The position numbers and the translations under genes were made by a program. Shown piece after piece: positions 1 through 12,800 of a DNA stretch of 64,000 nt (positions are counted from its first letter, which is position 1; every line of letters starts with the position of its first letter). The notes beneath the pieces are model-generated. The model worked only from the letters and a program-made list of their open reading frames with translations. It ran no database searches and had not been told where the DNA came from. This stretch comes from Eutreptiella sp. 'Long Island Sound 2002' (taxonomy: Eukaryota; Protista; Euglenida), in the NCBI GenBank assembly GCA_964036045.1, contig OZ038378.1, positions 197,532,001 to 197,596,000 of the forward strand, written 5' to 3'.

Positions 1-1955
1 TTAGTTCACGGCCCCCAATATGTATGCTAAAGCTCAATCCCCACCCCTACTCACAAAAATTCAGTCCTCATCTGCTAGCATATTGGATACCCCTCTTGAC
101 AACACTTTTCCTCTCCTTTGTCAAAGTGAAACAACAGTGCAACATAATTTCAAAACGGGATGCGGCGTCTTAGTAGTTCTTTTGCACATATTCACTCACG
201 CAGTGGAAATGTTGTTCTCTTCATGTGGCCAGGTATGCCAGGCTTTGAAGGAGGCTCTTATGATAGGCTGCTCCAGGACTTATGACAGTTTGATGAACAC
301 CATCAATGCGGACATTGGAGGAGCACCAATTTGCCAACTGCGGTCCCTTAGTGTGTGTGGCTGACATAAAGGTTGGGCACATTTTTCCTAGTTCCAAGAA
401 ATTAGGTGGGGGATTAGCTCATGAGCGAACTCTGTTGAAGATGTGTCGTAATTATTGACAACGCGTACTTGCTGCAATAATGATGGTCAACAACATCGCC
501 CACAGACAACACCAAATGAAAAGCAAGCTTGGATCCCCCCAAGCAAAACTCCATACTTGATGCAGCTTTTACACTGTTACATTTCGGCATAACGTTTCAT
601 TTCTCTTATGCCGACTCATATGTCGGCCTATAGGTCCTCATTCGAGATATTTGTGATTGATCTTTCTGAGCCCAATAGACGGAGTAGCTCGGCTAGCACT
701 GAAGAGCAGTGATTCATTTTTAGGGCCCTTTCACGGCTTGAGGATCAGAGATTTGTGGCACCGTGTGTCCTTTGGTGAAAGCATTCAACCCGCACACCAG
801 AGGCTTCGTATGCCTTCGCCCCCCCCCCCCCCCCAGTCAAGCCCCCTCGGGCGAGAGGGCAATGGCACAATGGCCATCACAAGCTGCTTTGTAGAACAGA
901 CATTGTACACCACAATGCCTCCAGAGAACGTTTCAAAGGTCCAAGGAGTGCAATGGTCCAAGACGTGCACATGAGCTTGGGCACGGATGTCTTGCAATTG
1001 CGCTATGGCGATCGTGTGAAATGTGACATTGATGCACCCCCCCACCCTGAAGCCTGAAGCCTGAAGCCGGCTCGCATCTCTACCGTTCCTGGGCAGCATG
1101 TGTGGCAGTTCAAGATTGTGTGGGACCCCAATAGGCAAATTTGCACTATCTTTGTTCAGCAATAGGGACAGGTAGCAGATTGATGATTCAGTGCTGTGCA
1201 TTGTGAGTATTTTCTTTTTTGCATCATGTGCATGACCCATCAGCATCTGCACATGTCGGTGTGTATCCTGAAGCCTTGTACAGCAAGCGACCGATAAGCC
1301 ACGGATTTTGCCTCGGAAGGGCTTGGTGTGTGTTGTGCAATTGTCCCCCCCCCCCCCCCCACTGGTGCATCACTTGACGCCTCCCCTCCCCCCCAAGGGT
1401 AGGCATGGCATTTGATGTACTAGTGTAGGCTCGCGGTGGTTTTTCTGGCACTGTGTGTTCAAAACAAATGAAGTCGTGTCACTGTGTCATGATCTTCATC
1501 GCTTTGTCGGTGTTGCATGCAATCCCCTTGTTGAGACAGCAGTTTGGTGCACTTGAACCCAAACACGCTAGCAGACTTGAAACTGATGCCATCGATGTAC
1601 ACTTGGAGTAGCTGCCCCCGAGTTTGTGGACCACATGAACCTCCATGTACAAGCAATTGCAATGTGCGCAAACACAACAGTGGATGTCATATTGTTGCCG
1701 AGCAAAGGAACTCACCATGGGACACAAAGTGTTGGAGGGGCCAAAGCGCCACCCCACTAAAACCCGTAGACTAAATAGATACATATTATCTAGGCACTGT
1801 GCATTCCACCCAAATGTTTTGGGGCCGGTGAAATTAACGCGTCATGTACGCCACTGCCTCCTTGTTAAGTTGAAGAGCCGTGAGTGCTCACTACGCTCAA
1901 ACCGCACACAACGTGTTTCACAATCTTAGAGTGTTTGTCATTGTTAGTAGTCACC

Positions 1956-4900
1956 ATGTCTAATGGCGTCGCCAACGAATTGACGGAGGCGGCGCTGCAG
2001 GCACAGGAGAAGTTGGAGCGCCTCTTGTTGAAAAAAAGGATTCGGAATGGGGAAACAAATCAGGTGTTGTGCCTTGTTGCTTGCAGCTTGCCTTGCTTAA
2101 TTGAACTCTTAGGACATGGATCTTTGCAAGTTGATAAATCTTTTCATGATTCCTGCAGACTGAATGCGAATGAAGGGACCTTGACGTTGCATAGGAAGCC
2201 GTTAGGGAACTATTAGAGTTCTTCTTTTGGAATGCACAAATTTACATGGCACCCTTTGTCCACGCATTAGCTATGTACCTGAATGCACGTATGTGGGACA
2301 CGTGGCGGGGTTTGGGGGGTTCCAATGTTTCAAAGCACTACCATTTTCATTTCAGACAGTACCGAGGGCCACGTCCACGACCAGTGCTGGTGTGTCCATC
2401 ACCGCGACCAACACAAGCAACATTGCCGCTGCTGCGCATCAACCGCTTTCACCATCCTCAGCATCTAAACCTAGCCCAAAACCTTGGCCCCATGAAATTG
2501 CGCATCCGGCGGAGTTGGTTCCAGCGCAGGGTACAAGGGATGATGCTCAAGTGCCAAAGGTATGTGTTGGTGTCCATATTGAATTTCATGGAATCAATTT
2601 TGAGTTCACGTGTGCAGTGATTTACCCATTTAGCACAAGTGACAAGGCTTTGCAGCAATCACCGGCATGCCCACGACGAATCCCGCTACAGCCGCGGCTA
2701 CCATGCTGATTCGTACTACCACCCAACCTGAAGTGCGGTCACTGCAACCAATGTTTAGCTCTGACGCTCATCTCGTGATGTTGCCCTTTCGGCAGAGATG
2801 GCTTTGGAGGAGATTAGGGAGCAGCATCAATGGCCAACGGTGTGTGCTTCATGTTTGCATCAAAATCATGTAGATGCCCTTTTTGAGTCTGGCAATGCTA
2901 TCACTTCGTGCTTGCACTCATAGAGGGCACCAACTCATAGCACTCTTTTGTTCTCTTAGTCCACGTCCAGTGCCGGCACTGACACTACGACCGTTGTGGC
3001 CACTCCCAACACACTCAACATCGGCGCTGCTAGCGTGGGCACCCCCGACACCACCACGCCTCAATTGCCATTGCCAAATTCACGTTCTAAAGCCAGCCCG
3101 ATGGACGTGGATATGGAGGAGGCTGCTGAGAATGGAGGGAACGATGTTTTTACCGAGGCTGATGACTTTGCGCTAGTAAGTGCGGCAGACCTTGACCGGT
3201 GTATCAATGTTGCGGGGTCTCATCGGGGATGGCTAAATGCCCAAGTCATCGACTACTATCTGTCTCACTTGAGCTCTGACATTGCTTTTCTTCCTTTGTC
3301 AGTGGCCACAATGCTGAAAAACGGGCCTGAGAAGGTTGCTACCGAGATATTTAGGAAGTCACAATTGCTGGGTAAAAAGATTTTTTTCCCAGTGCACACC
3401 GGAAATCATTTTTTTGGTGTTTTGGTGCTACCCGTTGGACTGGTCATTCATTTGTGTGTTTTCGACTCGGGCCGCGGTGGGGCAGCATTCATCTCTCGGC
3501 AAATGTGTGACAAAATCCAGATGTTTCTAATGGCAAGGAGATCCATTGAGCCGAATGCCCCAACGCTCCATTTTGGTGAAGTCAACATGGTCCCGGTTCG
3601 AAAGCAAGATAATAATAGGGACTGTGGGGTATTTGTATGCTGGTTTGGCAAGCTCCTTGCACATGAACGTTCAGGGATAGTGCCCAAACTGCAAGAATGT
3701 CTATTCTCCCATCTTCCCCTTCGATCAACCGAACTCTTCCCGGATTTCAACCCGACTGCTTTTCGGCAAGAGCTGCATGGGGCCATCTCACGATTTCTGG
3801 GACGAAGCTCCACCCGAGGTACATCCCACGAGAGAAGCCAGTGTAAGCAAGGTGAAGCGGTAGTTGGATATAATGATTTAGTTGAAGCCACACATGCAAC
3901 CCCACCTGAAGCCACGGCTTTTGTCCCTGTCCCAACCACAGCCGTAGTGATAGGCTCAGCCCAAGTACCAACGCCGGCCCCATCCCCGGCCCTAGCCCTA
4001 GCCACAGACCCAACCACAACCCCGGCCCAAGGCGTCCTTTCCGCCACAACCTCCGCCAACGCCCAGACCGCGGTCCCTATACCAGCCCAGGCCACAGCCC
4101 ATGCCAAATCTACCCGGCAAGCCACAATCCCAGCCCTTGCCGCAGCCGCATCCCCAGCCCAAGCATCAGCCGGAGCACCAACCGCAACCACAACCACAAC
4201 CCCAACGCCAACTCCATCTTTGGCCCCAACCCAAGGATCACCCGTCACCACAATTGTAGCCACACCCCAAGCCCTAACCCCAGCCCCATCCCCACAACCC
4301 CCCCGAGCCCTATCCTCCGAGTCAGCTTCAAGCCCAATTGCGGGAATAACCCTAGCCCCCAACCCAGCCCTGGCCTCAACGCTAGCCCCATGCACAATCA
4401 CAACGACAACCCCAACCCTAGCAACCGCCACTACCACAGCCCTAGCCCCATCCTTAGCCCCAACCACAACCGCGGTTCAAGTTCCAGTGCAAGCCCCAAC
4501 CACAACCCCAACCACAACTCCCGGCCCCACCCGAGCCCTGGCCCCGTCCACAATGCCAGCCGCCTCCTTTGCCCCAACCCCAAGTCCATCCGCCGCCATA
4601 GCTCCATCCTTAGCCCCAGCGACAACCATAGCCACAACCGTCAGCGCGGCTCCAGCCCCAGCCCTGGTTGCTATCCCAGCTTCAACCCGGGCCACAACCC
4701 TAGCTCTGGCCACACCCCAAGCCACAACCACAATGCTAGCCCCACCCATAATTCTGATTGCAGTCTCGAGTGATAGGGTTAGGGGACTCCAAGATGTGGA
4801 GAGTGAATTGGGAACACGAGCGGACAGTACGGGGAAGGGGACTCAAAATGGGATGGAGGAGGCCTCCCCTGTTGCAGCCCTTTGTGTCGCCGATCAAGTG

Positions 4901-6508
4901 GCAAGAGGTGTTCTGAAGGTAGGTGATAAGGTTCGGGTTCTTTGGGCTACACCATTAGGTCCCAACAAAGATGGCCCAACCGCTATGTATTTTTCCAAGG
5001 AGGAAAGGACAAGAAAATTTAGTTGGATCTTTGGAAGCGGCAGGCCTGGCGGGGACTTTGTTGAAGGTGTCCCCGTTGGACTCTCTACTATTCCGTGGCC
5101 ATGTTCAGGGGAATGCAAGTTGGACATGGTGTTGGTTCGGGGGCTTTTTTTTGTGAGTGCACTTCGACAAATGGAAGGACAACTTGGGCAAGCAAACTCC
5201 TCCGGAGAATGGGACACCACCATTCGACCTGTCAAGGAGTATTTCAACAACCCTGAGGACGTCATGGCTTTTGAGATGAATGTTCCGAGCGAACGGCTAC
5301 TGAAACTTGATCGACCCGACACTGACCCACTTATGGCGCAGCTTAACCTTGTTGCTTTGGTTGAATACCGGCAAGGTTTTTCCACTGACCTCCTAGCTCG
5401 CCATTGGCAAGGCAACCTCCCTGAGCCTTTGAGCCGCCATGTTGCGCTAACCTTCTTGCGCCGCATATGCATAAACCGCTTCTTGGAGCCGGAAGCACCC
5501 GATGCTTGCACTAAGCCTGCACCAAAGGGTCAGGCCAAGCGAACCGCGCAGGCAAAAGATATGCGAAGAGATGTCCGAGGTACAGGGGGTGCCTTTGATG
5601 GGGTGGGCCACTGCCTTGTTGTCATCGCCCAAGCAACAAGGAGTGAGGGTGGGTTGGAATGGGAGGTTGAGATTCTTGAGGCAGGAGCTGCCACTTCTTC
5701 AGTCATTGGACGAGTGTGCAAGCTCCTTGCCAGCATAGTGCGTAGGGCGGTGCCTGGCGCGAATGTGAAAGTTCAACGCTGGAGCCAGCCCGGCTTCCGA
5801 CGCCAGGTCCCCACGCCTTTGAATCCAACAAAAAAGGTCCGACGAGCAGCAGATGGGCAGCCACGTTGTGGCTTCACTGCAAGCAAAATTTTGGGAGCCC
5901 TAGCACGGGACGGTTTGCTGAATCTCAATGAAGTCACCCAGGAGCGGTACGATGTTTTCACTGTTGAGGAGTGCTATGCACTCCTCGAAAGTCTTCACAA
6001 ATGGATGGAAGGGCTCCTGCTACAGAGGGCTCAGCGGTCTGAGCACTTCTACAAGGTCATGGCAACGTTGTCGGCAGATCTAAAGGCAGCAGATGCGGAA
6101 ACCAGGATTGTTCAACCCTGCCCCGACATTGATATTGTGAGGATGTTAGCAGTGTGCCTAGGGGGGCGGGGGAGTGCCAAACCTCATTTCTTGTTTACAT
6201 CTCCCTCCCACGAGGAGGGAAGTTTCGACAGTTTTGTGAAGTGGTGGCAAGGCACTAGGGCGTATACAAATAAGGAAACATTTGTTCAGGGCATGGCATC
6301 GAATGAGGTGCGGCAGCAGGGTTGGTTGGTTTGGTTCCCCGTGGGTAGCCCCATTTCACCTCAAGGACTTCACCATGCGAAGGAAAATGGGCATGGTGGC
6401 AGCAGGATTGGGGCGGGGAGGCCTCAAAAACTTGCTTATAAACGAAAGCGAATCTTCTCCAAGCCAAGAAAGGGTCATGGAGGCAGCAACATGGTGAGCT
6501 CCAACTAA
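1956..6508 (+). CDS. Spliced Ulp1/C48 (SUMO/ubiquitin-like protease) family gene, about 1286 aa, probably transposon-borne. Exon model 1956-2063, 2356-2559, 2960-6508
   Basis: The 1170 aa ORF contains WLNAQVIDYY, FFPVHTGNHF (His 3407), VFDS (Asp 3464) and QDNNRDCGVFV (Gln 3605, Cys 3623), the CE-clan H-D-C triad plus oxyanion Gln. The start is CACCATG at 1956. Phase-0 GT-AG introns 2064-2355 (CAG|GTGTTG...TTTCAG) and 2560-2959 (AAG|GTATGT...TCTTAG) join all three exons in frame. Confidence 0.8.
3890..4745 (+). repeat. Ala/Pro/Thr-rich degenerate coding repeat (linker) within the Ulp1-like gene
   Basis: Recurrent APSLAPTTT / PTPAPSP peptides encoded by AGCCCC/ACCACA-rich DNA. Confidence 0.8.
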
Positions 6509-7825
6509 GTGTTGCGTAGATTACATTTTTTTTGGCCTTTAGTCAATGACCGCATACCCCTTTCTTGATTTGCATTGTGTGGAGCCGTTGCCCGTGATTA
6601 CACCTATTATGGTGAAAAACCCTCAATGTGATCAAGTGCACCAACCATGTTTCGACCTAAATGGCAAAGAAGGCGTTCGTGTGTTCTCCATTCGCTCCTT
6701 CCACTATTTGTTTTGCATGTTGGCCTCCATTGGCCGTTCGCATACAATTTGTTACATTCGCACAAGGATCAGGAGGTTGCAACATATGTATACTCGATGG
6801 TTGTCCATACTCCACTTTGCCGCAAATGGGATTTGGGTGGTCTTTGTATGATCTGGTGCTAACCCATTTGCCACTTGTCGTGTTGGACGATGGACATGTG
6901 TTACAAATTAAAAAAAGGGCGCCTCAAGTGTGACGTGATATGGTCGTTCCATGAAGAGTTAATAAATTTGCTTAGAATCTTTGCGCTGCACAACCGTGTC
7001 ATGAATTCATGGTTGAACATTGAGCAAAGTTTTGTGAATGGCCCAAATTTCTTTTGTGTATGTGCTTTTTAACCTTTGTAGTGTCATCATCATCTGATGC
7101 ATGTGTTTCCATGCACACCACTCAACAACTCTAAATAGCATCAACGTTCGAACTGTCTGTTTAACGGCTTTGGCTTTGCACTTTTAACGCTTGCAGTGAT
7201 ATCACCATTTGATGCATGGTATTCCATGGCTCACCACCTAGCAACTCTAAGGAGCACAACACCCCCTTGAGCAGGTTTATGGGTTTTGTTTTTTGGTCCG
7301 GTTGGTTAACCACAACGTTGTATTCTTTTCCTTAGATAGATGCATGGACAATGAATGTCATCACTCAGTGCAGTGTTCCTAAAGATTTTTCAATACAATC
7401 CTTGTACATGAGAGAAAATCCCAACCGGCACCATGCAATTGTCCCAAATGCACTTGCACACTTGAAAATTCCAAGCATAGTAACCAGCCATGGGAAATAG
7501 ATGTGAGCAAGTGAGTCACCGATCAGCGTAGCTCCCCCCCCCCCCCAATTTTGGATTTGTGGAGGAAATGCAATCTTACCAGACCTATGGGCGGCAGGGG
7601 CCATCGACTTTGGGGGTTTCCATACCCTCCGGTGGTGCGGGGTGACCCCACGGTTTTTCTATGTCCCCGAATTTGGTGAACATGATGATTGCAGTTCAAC
7701 CAAACCCCTGCTAGGATTAAGGTGGCACCTAGTCAAAGTGGTAAAACTTTGAGTGTTGGTTGTGTTTGTACACTTGTTGTCTTGCCCAAGGTATGTTGCT
7801 ATGACCACGGGCTAAAATTCTTCAT

Positions 7826-8187
7826 TTCCGATTGTTTGGCAGGTTTTGCCGCTCTGCCTGCAATTTTTTTGTACAATAAAGAACGCCTGCCCCTTTTTCC
7901 AAGCCCAAAATTGACGGGTCATTCTTGAAATAACACCCCCTCTTTTTTCTGATCCCCCAAAAGGAGAAAAAAACATCAGTGTGTCTGATTGCACTAGAAT
8001 GTTGCATTCCGATTGTTTGGCAGGTTTTGCCGCTCTGCCTGCAATTTTTTTGTACAATAAAGAACGCCTGCCCCTTTTTCCGAGCCCAAAATTGACGGGT
8101 CATTCTTGAAATAACACCCCCTCTTTTTTCTGATCCCCCAAAAGGAGAAAAAACATCAGTGTGTCTGATTGCACTAGAATGTTGCAT
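7826..8187. repeat. Direct tandem duplication, 2 x 181 bp
   Basis: TTCCGATTGTTTGGCAGG...GAATGTTGCAT occurs at 7826-8006 and 8007-8187, near identical. Confidence 0.9.
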
Positions 8188-8379
8188 GTTGATTGTGGCA
8201 TAGATGCATCCGCTACGCACGGTCTTCGTTACAACCCGGCAAAGGTTTCCGACAATTCAAGACCGTGGGTTTGTGTGATGTTATTCTATGATGATATTTG
8301 ACAAGGCAAGTTGGACGGGGTGGAGGTATGGGATGCACTGGTCCACCCCCCGATTGGGAATGGTCGTGAAGTGTGGGAA

Positions 8380-9800
8380 CGGTCGTTGGGAAATGATTTG
8401 TTGACGAGGTGAGGAATCACCAAGAGTAGCCGCCTCCGGACTTGTGGACCAAATGAACGCACCAAAATGGGGCACCATGTAAGCGACCCAAACACACTAG
8501 CGGACTTGAAATTGTTCGCAACTTCAGAAACTCGCGTTGGGAATGGAAGCGTTCATGGGTCAAGTGGCACACACACTAGCTGCCTCGCAAATGCTGGACG
8601 GAATGCACACCCCACATCTTCACGCTATGTAACCTACCCAAACACACCATCGGATTTGAAATTCTCGTCAAGTGTAGGATCGTACGTTGGGAAATGAATT
8701 GTTGACGTGGTGCGGTATCACCTGGAGTAGCTGCCCATACACTTCTGGATAAAATGGTCGCCGAATGCCCGAAATGCCCGACGGAATGGACACACCATAG
8801 CTTGGAGCCATGCAATCTACTCAAACACAGTGCCGAACTTGAAATTGTCATCAAATGTAGGATTTTGTTTTCGGAAATGAAGTGTTCATGGAGTCAAGTA
8901 TCACTCACAATATCTGCCCCTAGAATGCAGGACGGAATGGACACACCGTACCTTGGAGCCATGCAATCTATCCAAACACACCGCCGGAATCGAAACTGTC
9001 CACAAGTGTAGGAGCTTGCGTTGGGAAATGAAGTGTTGATGGGGTCCAGTAACACCCATAGTAGGTGCCCCGAGAATGGTGGACGGAATGGACACACCAT
9101 GCCTTAGCGCTACGCAATTTACCCAAATCAGCCGCCGGACTTAAAATGGTTGTCAAGTGTAGGAACTTGCGTTGGGAAATGAATTGTTGACGGGGTGAGG
9201 TATCACCCGCAGTAGACGCCCCCGGGCTTATGGACGAAATGGACGCTAGAATGCTTGACGCAATGGACATGTCATATCCAGGCGCTATGCAATCTACCCA
9301 AACACACCTCCGGACTTGACATTGTCGTCAAGTGTACGAACTTACTTTGGGAAACGAAGTGTTAATGGAGTTAAGTATTAATAGCCATAATAGCCATCTC
9401 TTGGCGCTATGAAATGCACCTAAACACGCCGCCGGACTTGAAATTATCGTCCAGTGTAGGAGCTTGCGTTGGGAAATGAAGTGTTCATCGGGTGAAGTAA
9501 CACTCATAGTAGCCGCCCCTAGAATGCCGCACGAAAGGGAGACACCATATCCGGGCAGTGTGGAATCCACCCAAACACGTGAGAGTGAGGCAACACGCAT
9601 AGTAGCTGCGCACAAACATCTAGGCTACATGCACCCGCCATATCCGGGCACTACGGAATCTACCCAAATGCAATGACTGCCTTCGCATTGTTTCTCAAGG
9701 TACAAACTGAATGTGCAGGGGATGAGGCAACACTCATAGTGGGTGCCCCCACCATTTTGGACTGCATGCACCCTTTTATGCGGGCAGTGTGCACTAGCAC
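8380..9800 (+). repeat. Diverged array of the ~150 bp satellite family, just upstream of the SET-RecQ-MULE gene
   Basis: Recurrent GGACTTGAAATTGT...GGGAAATGAA(G/T)TGTTGA...ATGCAATCTACCCAAACAC motifs, homologous to the 20280-25860 array. Confidence 0.75.
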
Positions 9801-9887
9801 TCAAACTTACGTGGTGACCCCATAGATGCGGGGCAAGCATTGGTTCCTATGTCTTTGTCCTCAGTTGTTTTTTTCCTGCAATTTACC

Positions 9888-12800
9888 ATGAACGGCCACC
9901 CTTTGCAAGCCCAATTTGATCTTCTGGTTCAAACCAAGTTGCTACCACAGTATGGTACTGTAGCCAAGCAGCTGGTGGTGAAACCCTCCTTGTTGAATGA
10001 TGCCGGCAATGGGTTGTTCACAAACTGCCTCATCAAGAAGAACGAGCTTGCTACCTTTATGGAGGGACGGCTAATAGCCCGTGATGAAGCAATGGAAACC
10101 ATTAACTCCAAAGGGGACTCATCCTACTACCGTACACTAATCAGGTCTCATGTGCCATTGACCCTATGTGCTTCCTCCACCAAGTTTTGTGGGATTTCAT
10201 CCAATGCTTTTTGCCAATGTGCTCTACATATTCTGCTGCATTTTGCAACACTCTCAAGTGCATTTGACCACCCAAAGCCGGAAGGCGCTTAAATTGGTAC
10301 TCCTGACAGTAGTGGGCAATTACGTTGTTGGCGCAATGGGAGATCTCGCCGGGGAAAACATCCATGCATGACGTGGAGGGCAATATTTTTATCCCGTCCT
10401 TGCATTCGTCCCACATCTTCCACAGTCAACAGTTGGGAATTGATGGTATTCGACAACCGCCTTTGGGCAGGAGTTTTGGCGCAGCATCTTTCGCCAATGA
10501 TGCCGGCAAATTTTGCAATGTGAAATTCATTATTAAGGAATTTCATGAAGGATGTCTACCCGTGTGCTTCTTGCAAGCATTGCGAGATATTAAGCCGGCA
10601 GAGGAGTTATTTGTCAGTTACGGCTCCACCTACTGGGATCGCTCCGAGCACATGGTTACTGTTACAGAGGATCCCAATGGCTTAGTACAATCACACATGG
10701 CCCCCAGCCCTCAACCAAAAGAGACGTCAGAAAATCAGTTGAACAGTCAGCTTGACAGCCACGCAATCAGCGAATCACACAACGAGCCAAGTGATAAGGC
10801 AGCCAGCAACATAGACACCCCTACGAACATACAGCCAGGGGACCACCAAGACGGCCACCCAATTAGCCAATTGGGCAACGCGTTAGGCAGCCGGTCAGCC
10901 AACGGACCTACCGACCAGCCAAACAATCAGGTGGACAGCCATTCACAAAGCCGGATAGATGTTTCGGCCGGTCAGTCCTTGGCGGGTCAAGCACACGGTG
11001 AGGACGATGATGACGAGGATGATCTTGATGCACAAATTGCAGAAGCTCAGCGGCACTTTGATGCTCTACTTGAGAGGCGCGTGCATCTCTACGATACAAA
11101 GATAAAGGTGGAACCTGATTGCTACGATTCGCAACACATCGACCAGGGACCGGATTGGGGCGCTGAAATTGCGGCGGCGGAGCATGCCCTTGGCAAAGTA
11201 CTTTATCCGCACCAAAAAAAGACCTTGCGTGCCCTACTCAACGGCCGTGACGTGCTTTGTGTTTCGGGAACTAACAGTGGCAAGTCACTCCCAGCCCAAA
11301 TGCTTGCGCACATCACTCGTAAACCGGTGATTGTTTTTGAGCCTTTGCGAGCAATTATTACCACACAGCTACAGGAATGTGAACGGTTAGGGATTGCGGC
11401 GTACAAGTTGGAGGCAAACACCCCGTTTCCGAACATCTCCCCGGGTGCAGCTATGGTGTACACCACTCCTGAGAAGGTGTCGTTGTCCAACGACGCCCTA
11501 GACAAGTTGGTGGATTTGGATCCTGTGGCCTTTGTTGCAGACGAGGCTCACAAGGTCGCCCGAAGTGACAAAACATTTGGGCAGCAATGGACGGAGCTTG
11601 GGATTTGCCGACAAAGACTGCCCACCGTGCCGTGGTACGCATGCACAGCAACGGCCACAACACCTGAGCAACAGGCCATTATCGACCGCCTACACCTTCA
11701 AAATGCAGTGAACGTCCGTGGCATTCTCTACCGAGAAGAAATATCAATGGATTTTCACCACTACGCTCAACCGGTGAAACCTCAAAGACGTCATGCTCCT
11801 GAACTTGGTCCTTCCCCTTGTAAGGGGCAAGACATTGATCTTTTTCACCAACGTCGAAAAGTGCACGAACATGGTCAATATGTTGAAGAAGAAGGGTTTT
11901 AAAGTGGCGAGCTTCACTGGTGCAACACCATCTTCTACCCGTGAGGCCGTCCTTAAGGACTTGGAGCAAGGGCTCATCGATATTGTGTGCTGCACTGCTG
12001 CTTTGGAAATGGGTTGGCATGTCCCCGGCTTGCGGACACTCATCTTCACCAGTGTGCCATCCTCCATAACGCAGCTGATTCAGCTATTGGGGCGCCTTGC
12101 CCGCGGTACGTCAGATTGCGGGGAGGTTCACATTCTATACCACCAGCACTCCCTGCGTACCCTTGCCAACTGGCACAAAGACAAGGTCAAGGCCCATGCA
12201 AATTACCACCTCACCTTGAACGACTACACATGTATGTATATGTTGATGCACACCCCAGGTTGCCGGTGGCAGAATTCGTTCCAGCATTCCGACCACGTGC
12301 TGTTGGAGCCTTGTGGCACTCGCTGTGATAACTGCGTGAAGAACAGGCCACCAACAGACGCGGGGTTTGTGCTTGGCCTCTTTCTTCCGGCTTTAGCCTT
12401 GTGCGACAAAAGCGACGGCATTTGCCTTGGGCACTGCTTAGACCTCATTCAAGGGGTGCGACCCAAAGACCATTACGAGCGATATGGGCAGGAGCTTTGT
12501 AATGCTCTCTTTGAGGTGGGCATTGCTAGCCAGCATGCTTGCGGGAGCAAGGGCTCGAAAGACCAATGGAGGGCTGTCATCATGAAAGGCATGGATTGGG
12601 AGTTGGTGAAAGCGATCCCGAACATCGACAGTGTGACTATGAATTTGAAGCTTGGGGAAGTGGAGTTCAATGACAAAGACTCGTACATCCTACATTTGGA
12701 AAAGGCGTTGCCGCAAGCGCCTCAAAATTTAAGTGAGCATGCTGCAGATGCGCTGGAGGATGCCTACCCGCTTCCTATGACGACTGCTGATGTGAAGCGG

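Noticed and set aside
1-1260. Possible decayed LINE reverse transcriptase on the minus strand (TYRP and YGVLLG-like words)
   Set aside because: The motifs are only about 25 codons apart instead of about 150, there are many stops, and no YADD motif is present.
3448-4467. 339 aa minus-strand ORF, and similar antisense ORFs such as 33788-35155 and 42052-42972
   Set aside because: They are shadow ORFs opposite real or low-complexity coding sequence.
7647-8269. CCCACGGT...ACCGTGGG as the TIRs of a MITE
   Set aside because: Only 8 bp match and no TSD in the flanks.
11774-11824. GT...AG mini-intron to explain the RecQ frame change
   Set aside because: It is 51 nt (a multiple of 3), so it would not shift the frame, and it would delete helix residues expected before motif IV.
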